Below, piece after piece: positions 1 to 8,654 of a DNA stretch of 35,331 bases. Source of the DNA: a virus. Lineage: Duplodnaviria; Caudoviricetes. The stretch lies in IMG/VR virus record IMGVR_UViG_3300036805_000138, positions 1-35,331 of that record. One strand, written 5' to 3'. Below the pieces are notes generated by a model. It had not been told where the DNA came from and did no database searches. It worked only from the letters and a program-made list of their open reading frames with translations. The number at the start of each line of letters is the position of its first letter. The first letter of the stretch is position 1. The translations under genes were made by a program, and so were the position numbers.

Positions 1-40
1 GTAGGTGACTAATTATGTTGAATCGAGAGGAGAGTAAGTA

Positions 41-832
41 ATGAGTACGGTACCAGCGCAGACAACGGCTACGCGAGTAACGACAGTGGTCGCTGTCGTG
101 GTCGTAGCGTTCATTGCTGCGCTGGTGAGCTACTTCCATGTGGCGCAGATAGCAGCTCAGTCTGGTGAAGCGTGGCGTAGCTGGCTGTTCCCGGCAATGT
201 ATGACGGGCTTATGGTAGCCGCGTCGATGGTGCTACTAGAACGTAAGCGGGCACAAGAGGACACCAGCTGGCTTGGGTGGGGTGCTTTGGTGTCGGGGGT
301 GTTGCTGTCTCTCGGAGCGAACATCGCTGATGCTATCAAGCACAACAACCCTATCTGGCTGGCTGGCAGTGCGCCAGTGGTGTTTTTTGTGGCGTTCGAG
401 CTGTTGCTTGATTTCCGGAAGAGGCGTGGTGCTAAAGATGCCGACCAGTTGCAAACACCAGCAGTGCCCACAGTCCAAGTCCAGCCAGAAACACCAGTTG
501 CCAGAGCATACGTGCCTACACCACCTGTAGTTACCTCGCCAGCACTAGAGCAGGAAGTAAGCAGAGAACGGTCAGAAGATATTCCACGGGTCAGTGTCCC
601 ATCAGTAGCCAGAGTAGAGCCAGCAGTACAGAGCTACCCCAAGCCAGTAGCAGTGGCACCCAGGCAGCGACAAGCAGTGTCAGCAGGAGCGTCAGGAGCC
701 AAGGTGACCGCGGCTGACGTGCGTGCCTGCCAGAGCGCACACCCGAGCTGGACCAACGCACAAGTAGCTAAACGACTGGAGATCTCGGTGGAGACGCTGT
801 ATCGGCGACTGAAAGAGGCTAGAGCGTCATGA
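41..832 (+). CDS. DUF2637-like (SpdA-type) membrane protein with C-terminal HTH
   Basis: Four N-terminal TM segments with AFIAALVSYFH, LFPAMYDGLM, SLGANIA and GSAPVVFFVAFELL motifs; Pro/Val linker; C-terminal HTH TNAQVAKRLEISVETLYRRL; SD GAGGAG upstream. Confidence 0.8.
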   Translation: MSTVPAQTTATRVTTVVAVVVVAFIAALVSYFHVAQIAAQSGEAWRSWLFPAMYDGLMVAASMVLLERKRAQEDTSWLGWGALVSGVLLSLGANIADAIKHNNPIWLAGSAPVVFFVAFELLLDFRKRRGAKDADQLQTPAVPTVQVQPETPVARAYVPTPPVVTSPALEQEVSRERSEDIPRVSVPSVARVEPAVQSYPKPVAVAPRQRQAVSAGASGAKVTAADVRACQSAHPSWTNAQVAKRLEISVETLYRRLKEARAS

Positions 833-2301
833 CAGAGGCACTGCTGGACGGGTGGTGGCGTCTGCTGCATGCTGGCGCGAGACATCCGAGGGCATCGGCA
901 CTGGCGCTGTTCTGGTCCTATCTGACGCTGCCAGGGTGGCTGCTGGGGGCTGGTTTGGCTGTCATAGTGGGCTCTATCGTCGCAAGCGGTGCTCGCCGTA
1001 GGCTCGCACCGACCCTAGCAGATGATGTCAAGTTCGTCTATCGCAAGGCTTACCTGCGTTCCAAGTGGCGCAAGCTGTGCCGCTCAGCTGGACTGGAGGA
1101 GGCGCGCAAGGGTCCGACTGGCACTGAGGGCGTCGCGTTGCACCGGCCGCGGCTGTGCCACGCACACTTCTGGCAGCTGCCACTGACACGGCAGCGCTGG
1201 CTGACTCGGATCGTTCAGACACCGACTGGCATGCGCCTCACTGTCGATGGCACCACTGTCGGGATGCCACTGGAGGCGTTCGAGGGCAAGGCCGGTAACA
1301 GCATCTGCAGTACCACCCATGCCAAGGGTGTCCGGGCTTACGAGCACCCCGACTACAGTCATTTCACTAATATTGATCTGACTTTTGGTGAGCCGTTTAA
1401 GCAGACTGTGTCGCATAAGTCTCTTCCGACTTCCAAGACTCCTGGGTTTGTCAACACCGGTAAAGATGCTCAGCACAGGTTGGTTCGAGTTAACCAGCTG
1501 GTGCATTGGTTGTTGATCGGTGCTTCGCGTTCGGGGAAGTCTTCGGAAGTGTGGATGCGTTTGAAAGGTTTGGTTGACCAGAAGATACCGTTTTTGCTGT
1601 ACTGCATCGACCCTAAGGGTGGTATGGAGCTGTTCAATCTGGAGGGCCGAGCATTTGTGTATGAAGACAATATTCTGAACTGCAAGCTGTTCGTAGAGAA
1701 TGTGCTGAAGGCTCTTGCTGTTCGGCAGTCGGAGATGAAAGCTGCTGGCCAGCGTAAGTGGAAGCCTGATCTGAATCCGTGTTGGCCTCTAGTGGTTATT
1801 CTGATCGATGAGATTATTACGTTCATGGGGATGCTCAAGAAGCAGAAGATTAAGATCAACGGTCAGGATGTGGCTGCGGAGGATGCTCTGCGTTTCTTGC
1901 TGACTCAGGGTCTCGGCATTGGTTTTGTCTGCATCGGGTGTAGTCAGCTCAGTCAGAAAGAGGGCGGGCTCGGTGTCCTACGTGACCTGTTCTCTGATAT
2001 CACGATGTTTCGGGTTACCTCCGATGAGCAGGTGACCGCTGCTGGTTTCAAGCCTTCGCTGCATCCGGCACACAAGATTCCGATCGGTGACCAGTTCGCC
2101 GGCCAGGCGTACATGAAGACCGAGGACGGGTCGATCCGGCATTACCGTGCGGGCTGGTGCCCCGATGAGGAGCGGGAGCGTATTACTCAAGGTATCCATG
2201 AGTGGTCTAAGAAATACTGGGCTGCTCCGGTGGTTCTGCCTGAGACGATCGAGTTTGTGTCCGATGAACTTGAGCTAGTGACGAACGGAGTAACAAAGTA
2301 A
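829..2301 (+). CDS. FtsK/SpoIIIE-family DNA translocase (TraB-like)
   Basis: N-terminal TM; HWLLIGASRSGKS Walker A; IDPKGGMEL; VVILIDE Walker B; ATGA coupling to the upstream gene. Confidence 0.88.
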   Translation: MTEALLDGWWRLLHAGARHPRASALALFWSYLTLPGWLLGAGLAVIVGSIVASGARRRLAPTLADDVKFVYRKAYLRSKWRKLCRSAGLEEARKGPTGTEGVALHRPRLCHAHFWQLPLTRQRWLTRIVQTPTGMRLTVDGTTVGMPLEAFEGKAGNSICSTTHAKGVRAYEHPDYSHFTNIDLTFGEPFKQTVSHKSLPTSKTPGFVNTGKDAQHRLVRVNQLVHWLLIGASRSGKSSEVWMRLKGLVDQKIPFLLYCIDPKGGMELFNLEGRAFVYEDNILNCKLFVENVLKALAVRQSEMKAAGQRKWKPDLNPCWPLVVILIDEIITFMGMLKKQKIKINGQDVAAEDALRFLLTQGLGIGFVCIGCSQLSQKEGGLGVLRDLFSDITMFRVTSDEQVTAAGFKPSLHPAHKIPIGDQFAGQAYMKTEDGSIRHYRAGWCPDEERERITQGIHEWSKKYWAAPVVLPETIEFVSDELELVTNGVTK

Positions 2302-2471
2302 TGGAATTGCGTAAGTTTTTCGATGAAATGTCTGTCTGTGCCGCTAAACAAGAGCAGCTCGGAAAAGTTGATCAAGCGCAACAGACGCGTGATCGACGCA
2401 ATAAACTATGGGATATCGGTGTACGAGGTGAAGTTAAGTATCGTCAAGGCCGGGGTTTACGAGGAGAGTAG
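2301..2471 (+). CDS. hypothetical 56-aa protein (MELRKFFDEM...), absent from ORF track
   Basis: TAATG overlap with the FtsK stop, SD GGAG, open to TAG at 2469-2471. Confidence 0.6.
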   Translation: MELRKFFDEMSVCAAKQEQLGKVDQAQQTRDRRNKLWDIGVRGEVKYRQGRGLRGE

Positions 2472-2473
2472 CA

Positions 2474-2593
2474 ATGACACGCAATTCGTTTGACAACCAC
2501 AAGAGTGAGCAAGCTAAGCGTAATGAGACTCGTCAGTTCGATCGGAACATTCGGTCATGGGAGCGAGCGAAATCACCGAAGGACAAGAAATGA
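2474..2593 (+). CDS. hypothetical 39-aa basic protein (MTRNSFDNHK...)
   Basis: SD GAGGAG; ends in an ATGA overlap with the next gene. Confidence 0.55.
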   Translation: MTRNSFDNHKSEQAKRNETRQFDRNIRSWERAKSPKDKK

Positions 2594-2766
2594 GGATAGA
2601 TCGAAAATCCAACGACTCGCCGCTGCCGAGTAAGGATGAAATGGCGGCTATCACTGAGCACTGGGTTGCCTATCCTGAGTGCGGCGGTGGCGATGTGGTC
2701 GAAAAGCATTCAATCGTGACCGGTGACTTTTCGCTATCGTGCAGTGAGTGTGGTCGGTCGATATGA
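2590..2766 (+). CDS. small zinc-ribbon-like protein
   Basis: YPECGG...LSCSECG; ATGA coupling at both ends (start revised from 2557). Confidence 0.55.
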   Translation: MRIDRKSNDSPLPSKDEMAAITEHWVAYPECGGGDVVEKHSIVTGDFSLSCSECGRSI

Positions 2767-3227
2767 GTCGGCGACCTGGAGTTATCTACGAATTTTGGGG
2801 GTATGACCCACGATCACTCCTTAGCGGAAAATTGAAGATCGTCTGCTTATATGTAGGACAGACTAGACAACGGCCAGAGACTCGTCGTGATCAACATCTT
2901 TATGGCGGTCTTGGATCACCACCTAAAGTTTGGGCAGATTTAGTTACCGAGTGGAAAGTCACATGGAAGCGGCGTAAGACGTATCAATTTTGGCTAGACT
3001 TACGTGAGGCATGGCGAATCGCTGCTAAGAAACCACAGAACAACATCATGCTGAATACCATGAACCCGAAGCGAATCAAACCATGGGATGCGAAAGAACT
3101 TCGTAAGATGCGTGATGCTCTTGGCGGTACTGAAGTATTGATCGCCAGAGCACGAGGTCAGACCAGAATGTTTGCCAGGATCCATCGAGATAGTGTTAAT
3201 AGTCAATGGAAGGAGTGGACAGCATGA
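2763..3227 (+). CDS. GIY-YIG-like nuclease
   Basis: GVIYEF...LYVGQT...R..QH...E..I...KP.NN pattern; ATGA-coupled. Confidence 0.65.
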   Translation: MSRRPGVIYEFWGYDPRSLLSGKLKIVCLYVGQTRQRPETRRDQHLYGGLGSPPKVWADLVTEWKVTWKRRKTYQFWLDLREAWRIAAKKPQNNIMLNTMNPKRIKPWDAKELRKMRDALGGTEVLIARARGQTRMFARIHRDSVNSQWKEWTA

Positions 3228-3433
3228 TTAACTTAGCGGCAGTAATCGGTGCCGCGATACTCAGCGCTGTGCTTGGCTATTTGTTCTGTCATGTACAGCT
3301 AGAGCATCGACGCCACATGCACGAGCTACGTAAAGCTGCGCCAACGATTCGTAAGACCGCGTACAAGCTTGGAGCGCTGCTGATGGTTCTTGTGATCGGT
3401 GGTTTCACTATCTGGACTGGAGTGTTTGGATGA
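3224..3433 (+). CDS. small two-TM membrane protein
   Basis: SD AAGGAG, ATGA overlap, two hydrophobic segments. Confidence 0.7.
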   Translation: MINLAAVIGAAILSAVLGYLFCHVQLEHRRHMHELRKAAPTIRKTAYKLGALLMVLVIGGFTIWTGVFG

Positions 3434-3591
3434 ATCCTCTTGATGCGATATTCGGAAGTTATGCTGGTGAGCGTGACGAAGAGGCTATCGCGGTTGGTCT
3501 CCGAGTTCAGTACCCGTGGCGTTACACGAATATCTGGACTGGCGCTATGCGGTCGAACAAACCAGCGAGCGAGACTAGGCAGGAGAAATAA
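3430..3591 (+). CDS. hypothetical 53-aa protein (MNPLDAIFGS...)
   Basis: ATGA overlap upstream and TAATG overlap downstream. Confidence 0.55.
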   Translation: MNPLDAIFGSYAGERDEEAIAVGLRVQYPWRYTNIWTGAMRSNKPASETRQEK

Positions 3592-3785
3592 TGGACAACG
3601 ACTATATGGTTCTTGAATGGACTTCTCTGCTTGGGCCTGATGACGACCCAACATGGTTTGACTGGCAGAAGCTTTGGGAAGTTGAAGCGAACAAAACTGC
3701 ACATCGCATGAAGTTGTGCCAGCGTCGAGCTGCGTTCTGCGCACAGATGTCACAGAAAGCTGATGAATATGATGAACACGTATAA
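3591..3785 (+). CDS. hypothetical protein
   Basis: SD AGGAG, coupled start. Confidence 0.6.
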   Translation: MDNDYMVLEWTSLLGPDDDPTWFDWQKLWEVEANKTAHRMKLCQRRAAFCAQMSQKADEYDEHV

Positions 3786-4248
3786 CGAAACTGACCTAGA
3801 GCTGATACAACGGTATGGCGCGCTGGAGGTCATTAGACAGCATGGCGAGGACGCAGCAATTCATGCGATCGCACTAGCTTGCTTGCGTGACAGTGGTATG
3901 TCGGCGCCTGTTGCTTACAACACCGATCGAGCGACGCTCATACCTCCGTCAGCTCCTGAGCCCACGCTGCTCTATCCGACGTGGGTGGCCGATGAGAGGC
4001 CAGCCCCGTATCGCTCACGACTGCGGTACCTGCCTGCTGTAGTGACTATCACGATTGCGTGCGCTCTGGTGGGCATTCTGGTCTGGTTGATCGTGAGCAT
4101 ACTGACTGCGGTTGCTGCTGCTGTCGTGACTTACTCCAGCGTGCTGATTGGCGGTGTCGTGCTACTTGGGTTGGTATGGGTGTTGAGCCTGTTCGGTGGT
4201 GGTCGTGGTCGTAGCTTCTCGGGAACGTTCCAAGGTAGGCTGCACTGA
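3763..4248 (+). CDS. membrane protein (two C-terminal TMs), possibly Spd-like
   Basis: Long hydrophobic stretch followed by a Gly/Arg tail; lies in the FtsK operon. Confidence 0.65.
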   Translation: MNMMNTYNETDLELIQRYGALEVIRQHGEDAAIHAIALACLRDSGMSAPVAYNTDRATLIPPSAPEPTLLYPTWVADERPAPYRSRLRYLPAVVTITIACALVGILVWLIVSILTAVAAAVVTYSSVLIGGVVLLGLVWVLSLFGGGRGRSFSGTFQGRLH

Positions 4249-4343
4249 TGACTGCTGAAGAGATCCACGAGCAGATGAAAGAACTACTCGGGCAACCCTA
4301 TGAAGTACTTGCTGACTGGTCTCTGGTAGATCCTAATGAGTGA
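4248..4343 (+). CDS. 31-aa hypothetical peptide (MTAEEIHEQM...)
   Basis: TGATG overlap upstream and GTGA overlap downstream. Confidence 0.45.
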   Translation: MTAEEIHEQMKELLGQPYEVLADWSLVDPNE

Positions 4344-4756
4344 CCGCTACCAGGCTCGGTTGCTGCGGGCACAGAGACGGATGTCGCATCGGTGGCATCC
4401 GGTCGGTGTGTACTTCGATATTGTCGATGGCCACAAACGACGTAAGCCTGCGCCACGAAGAGATCAGGAGGATGGTCGTGGGGCTTGACAGTTGGACAAG
4501 AACAGCAGCAGAGCAGCGCTATCGTGCTCGTGAAGGGGCGCCGAAAGGATCGTCTCGGTCTGCGGTTGAGAAGACTAAAGATCGGCTTGCCGGCCACAAA
4601 GACTGTGCTTGTGGTTGTGGCAAGAGAGGCACAATGTTCCGCGGTGGCAAGATGTATGACAGCGCGTGTGCCAGAGCTCAAGATCGGATGGGTGGTCCGA
4701 AGGATCGGACGCCTCCGCTAGCGAGATCGCAGAAGCATGGCCGCTGGGATAGCTGA
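4340..4756 (+). CDS. basic Cys-rich (CACGCG) putative Zn/DNA-binding protein
   Basis: CCGH..GC, CACGCG...SAC motifs; GTGA coupling. Confidence 0.5.
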   Translation: MTATRLGCCGHRDGCRIGGIRSVCTSILSMATNDVSLRHEEIRRMVVGLDSWTRTAAEQRYRAREGAPKGSSRSAVEKTKDRLAGHKDCACGCGKRGTMFRGGKMYDSACARAQDRMGGPKDRTPPLARSQKHGRWDS

Positions 4757-4955
4757 ATCGGGTGATGTAGCCGGTAGGCTACTCTCCGCAGCCATGTTAG
4801 AACTTCCTGAAGATCCATTGACCGGCAAGCTTCCTGAGCTGCTGTGGGAGACGCCGATCTTTGACGAGACCATGGCGTGGTTTCTTAAAGAACACGGAAT
4901 CAACGCTCCCCTGCGGGAGCCGCTGGCGCTGTCCTGGTCGGGCCACCGGGCTTGA
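4737..4955 (+). CDS. hypothetical protein
   Basis: Last ORF of the plus-strand operon, plausible composition. Confidence 0.4.
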   Translation: MAAGIAESGDVAGRLLSAAMLELPEDPLTGKLPELLWETPIFDETMAWFLKEHGINAPLREPLALSWSGHRA

Positions 4956-5331
4956 GATGGTGCCGACCTGTGGACACCGAACGCACCCGTCCAGGTCGCA
5001 ACACAGACAGCGCCAGTACGGCAGCGAGCATCAGCACCCCGAAACTTCGCAGCACCGCTGCAGCAGCGAACTGGTGAGCTAGTGATGCCGCGCCGACCGC
5101 GGCGACCAGCACAGTGAGCCCGATCTTGGCGCGTACCCATCGGTAGCGCAGCAGCCGCGGCCCAGAGGCCAGCACCGCTCCGCTGCCCATCGTCAGCCCC
5201 GCAGCGAACACCAGCACGGCCAGCGCCCGTGGCGGCAGTGTCGTCAGCAGTGCGCAGCTGAGCATCCCGAACCACAGTGAGCCTGTGATCAGGTGGACAA
5301 CGAGGACGAACCGACGCGCGATGATGCGTAG
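4900..5331 (-). pseudogene. DUF2269-like membrane protein, canonical start apparently missing
   Basis: The frame of the 121-aa ORF stays open 22 codons upstream of the ATG (LRIIARRFVLVVHLITGSLWFG); LLRYRWVRAKIGLT and LSVLRP match the family pattern. Confidence 0.45.
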
Positions 5332-5629
5332 CTAACGATGTGACCACACGCCCAGCTACGCACTACACTTGGTTACTATGTGTGCTGACTGCGCAGTCAG
5401 ATGCGTTACCGTCCTTCTATGGTGGTCAACTTCAGGTGTTACACAGATTTTGGTCTGTCACTGCGAACCCCACATCCAAGCTGAGTAGTCAGACGCAGAA
5501 ATGGGTACTCGGGCGCAGCCACAGCCGCACCACACAATGTCAGCATCCGGAGCGCGCACCACGTAGCGTGGTCGTCTGCAGGTGTAACACTGTCCGTCGT
5601 CGCAGCGATGATTGATCAGAGGCCCTGAC

Positions 5630-6061
5630 ATGATCGTCCTCTCGCCTAGCTCAGTCCTGCTGAATGAGATCACCTCAGCGCACTTCAACCATCGCTGGAA
5701 TGCCTGCGTCTTGCTGGCCACAACCATATGGAGCAAGGGCTACGCAGCATGCACTCCCGAGGAGCAAGAGCAGTGGCTGAGTCGGTTGACCGAGTATCTG
5801 GAGCTGTCACGTAACGCGTGGCGCAGCACTGCCTTGGCGAGGCACTGTGATCTCCCAACCGTTGGCGATATCGCGCCGGGGTGCGGCACCGAAGCCCAGC
5901 CAGGTTTGCAGGGAGTGCAGCAGAGCTTCGACGTTCTCACCACACAGGCTCGTGGTGCAGGCCCCGACGGCGTGCGGATCGATGATCAGAGTGTTGCCGG
6001 TGTAGCGGAAGGACAGGTTGGTGAAACCCGCGACGCCATGGAGCTGGCAGGTAGCCGGTAG
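5630..6061 (+). CDS. hypothetical protein, paralog of 7682..7909
   Basis: TTIWSKGYAAC-TPEEQEQWLSRLTEYLELSRNAW aligns with TEIWAVGLSSCDTEAEREQWRTRVIKYLQMSQTVW. Confidence 0.65.
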   Translation: MIVLSPSSVLLNEITSAHFNHRWNACVLLATTIWSKGYAACTPEEQEQWLSRLTEYLELSRNAWRSTALARHCDLPTVGDIAPGCGTEAQPGLQGVQQSFDVLTTQARGAGPDGVRIDDQSVAGVAEGQVGETRDAMELAGSR

Positions 6062-6085
6062 GACAAGTCTGTTACGCTCTGCCAC
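5807..6085 (-). CDS. small hypothetical protein (TCQLHG...FTNL...IDPH..G.C)
   Basis: SD GAGGAG upstream; resembles, from memory, small Pseudonocardiaceae hypothetical proteins. Confidence 0.5.
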   Translation of the reverse strand: MAERNRLVLPATCQLHGVAGFTNLSFRYTGNTLIIDPHAVGACTTSLCGENVEALLHSLQTWLGFGAAPRRDIANGWEITVPRQGSAAPRVT

Positions 6086-6185
6086 GACATGACTCCTCTG
6101 TGAGTTTGGGTGCAGGTCACAGGGTAGCCATGTTGATGTTGTCTCCGCACCCGCTGACCCCCGATCGGTTGCCCAGACAGCAGCG

Positions 6186-6220
6186 GCCCCGCTAGCTGCG
6201 TTCAGCTAGCGGGGCTTTCT
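6186..6220 (+). terminator. intrinsic terminator-like hairpin
   Basis: Perfect 13-bp stem GCCCCGCTAGCTG-cgtt-CAGCTAGCGGGGC followed by TTTCT. Confidence 0.7.
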
Positions 6221-6255
6221 GCGTATCCTTTCGTCTACCTCGACGTTAGGAACGC

Positions 6256-7584
6256 ATGACAACTTTGCCGCTGGTCGGTGATGATGTTCTCGTACCGCTG
6301 GTGACGGGCGGCATGCAGCGATATCGAAACTTCGACTATGCCGCGTCCACTCCCTGCCTGGTGTCCGCACATCGCGCTGTTGAGAAGTTGTTGCCCTGGT
6401 ATAGCTCAGTGCACCGCGGCGCCGGCTGGAAGTCGCAAGTCACTACCCGAGCATATGAAGACGCCCGATGGGTAGTGCGCAGATTTGTCAATGCTCGTTT
6501 AGATGATTGCGTGTTGTTCACTCGCAACACTACTGATTCCATTAACTTACTGATCTCCATGCTGCCACAAGACGCCGTTGTAGTGACTTGGGCATCGGGA
6601 CATCATGCCGCGCTACTGCCGCCACGGCGTCGCTCTGTGGTCACGCTACCAATCCCAACCAGCTCTAATAACGCTCTAGAACAACTTGAGCAAGCATTGC
6701 AATCGTGGCCAGCGCTCGTGGTGGTGACAGGCGCAAGCAATGTCACTGGCGAGATCTGGCCTTATCATAAGATCACCGAACTAGCTCACCAGTATGGCGC
6801 CCGAGTGTTACTTGATGCTGCTCAGCTAGCGCCACATCAGTTGATTGATTTAACAGCTAGCGATGTGGATTACGTTGCGTTCAGTGGCCACAAGCTCTAC
6901 GCGCCCTACGGTGCTGGCGTGCTGGTTGGACGATGTCACTGGTTGGAGGAGGGCGAGCCGTTCCTAGCTGGCGGTGGGGCGGTGGACTTCGTCCGGCTTG
7001 ACGACGTGCTGTGGTCTGAGTTGCCAGATCGTCAGGAGGCTGGTTCTCCGAACGTACTGGGAGCTGCAGCAATGGCTCAAGCCTGCCGAACCCTGATGAC
7101 GGTCGATATGCAGAAGTTAGCCGCGCGAGAAGCTATGCTGATCGACGTATTGCGCGCTGGGCTAGCCGCGATACCGGGCGTCCGATTCTATCGAATGTGG
7201 CCGGCTGGTTGCCCGCAGGTCGGGATACTGACGTTCACTCTCGATAGCGTGCCCTATGCAAAGTTAGCTGCAATTCTGTCTGCGGAGTATGGCATCGGTG
7301 TCCGGCACGGCTGCTTCTGCGCTCACCCACTGATGATGCATCTTCTTAACATTAGTGAAGACGAAGCACTAGCCATCGCTGATGATCGACGGTTAGGGAG
7401 AACTACTCAGGTGCCTGGCGCAGTGCGCGCGTCAGTAGGTCTAGGGACGACAGTAGAAGACGTACTGGCATTGATTACAGCAGTAGAAGAGATCGCAGTC
7501 GGATACATCAGGTGGGACTACCAGAGCACTCCAGACGGAACCGACTGCGTACCCGCGTCAGATCCGCGTCAGTATCCGCTGTAG
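6256..7584 (+). CDS. class V PLP aminotransferase / cysteine desulfurase-like (SufS-type)
   Basis: FDYAASTP, YSSVHRGAG, FTRNTTDSIN, LDAAQ, FSGHKLYAP (PLP Lys), VRHGCFCAHP (catalytic Cys), VRASVG. Confidence 0.9.
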   Translation: MTTLPLVGDDVLVPLVTGGMQRYRNFDYAASTPCLVSAHRAVEKLLPWYSSVHRGAGWKSQVTTRAYEDARWVVRRFVNARLDDCVLFTRNTTDSINLLISMLPQDAVVVTWASGHHAALLPPRRRSVVTLPIPTSSNNALEQLEQALQSWPALVVVTGASNVTGEIWPYHKITELAHQYGARVLLDAAQLAPHQLIDLTASDVDYVAFSGHKLYAPYGAGVLVGRCHWLEEGEPFLAGGGAVDFVRLDDVLWSELPDRQEAGSPNVLGAAAMAQACRTLMTVDMQKLAAREAMLIDVLRAGLAAIPGVRFYRMWPAGCPQVGILTFTLDSVPYAKLAAILSAEYGIGVRHGCFCAHPLMMHLLNISEDEALAIADDRRLGRTTQVPGAVRASVGLGTTVEDVLALITAVEEIAVGYIRWDYQSTPDGTDCVPASDPRQYPL

Positions 7585-7681
7585 TCAAAGCGCGCTACAT
7601 AGCCAGCGCGCGTACGCTTGCAGAACGCCTGAAGAAGTCCGGGTATCACTGTCGGCTACCCAACCTTCGGAGGCAGCTCTC

Positions 7682-7909
7682 ATGTCTGCAGTCGCTGTGA
7701 TGTCCCGCGTGCTACCGCAAGAGATCATCGAAGCACTGTCCCGCCCGGATGACGAAGCCCGATTTGCCCTGTGTGCTCTGTACATCACGGAGATCTGGGC
7801 AGTGGGGCTGTCTTCCTGCGACACTGAAGCCGAACGCGAACAGTGGCGAACTAGAGTGATCAAGTATTTGCAGATGTCTCAGACCGTCTGGGAGTCAGCG
7901 CAGCTGTAA
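7682..7909 (+). CDS. hypothetical 75-aa protein, paralog of 5630..6061
   Basis: SD GGAGG; visible alignment with the 5630 ORF. Confidence 0.7.
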   Translation: MSAVAVMSRVLPQEIIEALSRPDDEARFALCALYITEIWAVGLSSCDTEAEREQWRTRVIKYLQMSQTVWESAQL

Positions 7910-7958
7910 CAAGCTAGGGTGCGCGCATCCGTTAGCGTCCGGCGACGTTAGGTAGGAC

Positions 7959-8609
7959 ATGCGCACACCTAGAAGCCTGATAGTGATCATAAGTTCTGTC
8001 CTGCTCGCTGGCGCGGGGATGGGCATCGCTGTCGCCGACCCTGCAGGCCCTTGCGCGCCTGGCCGTACGCTGGTCGGGCTGTTCTGCCTGCCTGATTCCA
8101 ATGCGGCGCCAGCACCTGCACCGGCTCCTGAATCCCCAGCACCGCAGCCAGCGCCGGCTAAACCTGCACCGCCAGTGCATAGAGCTGCGCCGCGGCCGGC
8201 ACCAGTCGCTCCGCCACCACCAGCTGCTCCTGCACAACCAGTGCCACCGCAGTCGACATCTCCCGAGTGCCCTGCTGGCAGTGTGGCTGTCGGGCTGCTC
8301 TGTCACGAACTGTCGCCATCAGGACTGCCGACTGCTGATCAGGAACGCCTAGCGTTGGTGCGGTTGTGCCTGCAGATCCGTGCTGGTCAGATCATCGGTG
8401 CGCAGACTGGTGGGCCTATTACCACTCCGGACAATTCGGCTGTCAAGGCAGAGCTGGTCTGTGACATCACTAAGCCATTGCCGCCCGTTGTGGTAGTGCC
8501 TCCACCAGCGGAGACAGCGCCAGCGCCTGCTCCTGCCACACCTGGACAGCCTCCGACTGCAGAGCAGAACCTGCAGAACAACCCCACTCCCGTCACTGTG
8601 ACTCACTGA
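7959..8609 (+). CDS. secreted Pro/Ala-rich protein
   Basis: Signal peptide ending in AVA|D; repeated Cys motif CAPGRTLVGLFC / CPAGSVAVGLLC; PAPAP tracts. Confidence 0.7.
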   Translation: MRTPRSLIVIISSVLLAGAGMGIAVADPAGPCAPGRTLVGLFCLPDSNAAPAPAPAPESPAPQPAPAKPAPPVHRAAPRPAPVAPPPPAAPAQPVPPQSTSPECPAGSVAVGLLCHELSPSGLPTADQERLALVRLCLQIRAGQIIGAQTGGPITTPDNSAVKAELVCDITKPLPPVVVVPPPAETAPAPAPATPGQPPTAEQNLQNNPTPVTVTH

Positions 8610-8654
8610 TCATGCTATTGTCGCGGTTAATCACTTCGACAAAGGGGACTGCAC

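Noticed and set aside
440-720. clt-like repeats for TraB
   Set aside because: The CCAG/AGCAG-rich tract reflects Pro/Ala/Val codons and is not a regular 8-bp array
5340-5615. 91-aa + strand ORF
   Set aside because: No SD or motif; cannot be supported, though not excluded
6062-6255. SAM-IV riboswitch ahead of the desulfurase-like gene
   Set aside because: Often found before this actinobacterial family, but I cannot see the core elements on the + strand; only a terminator hairpin. An Infernal/Rfam scan would settle it.
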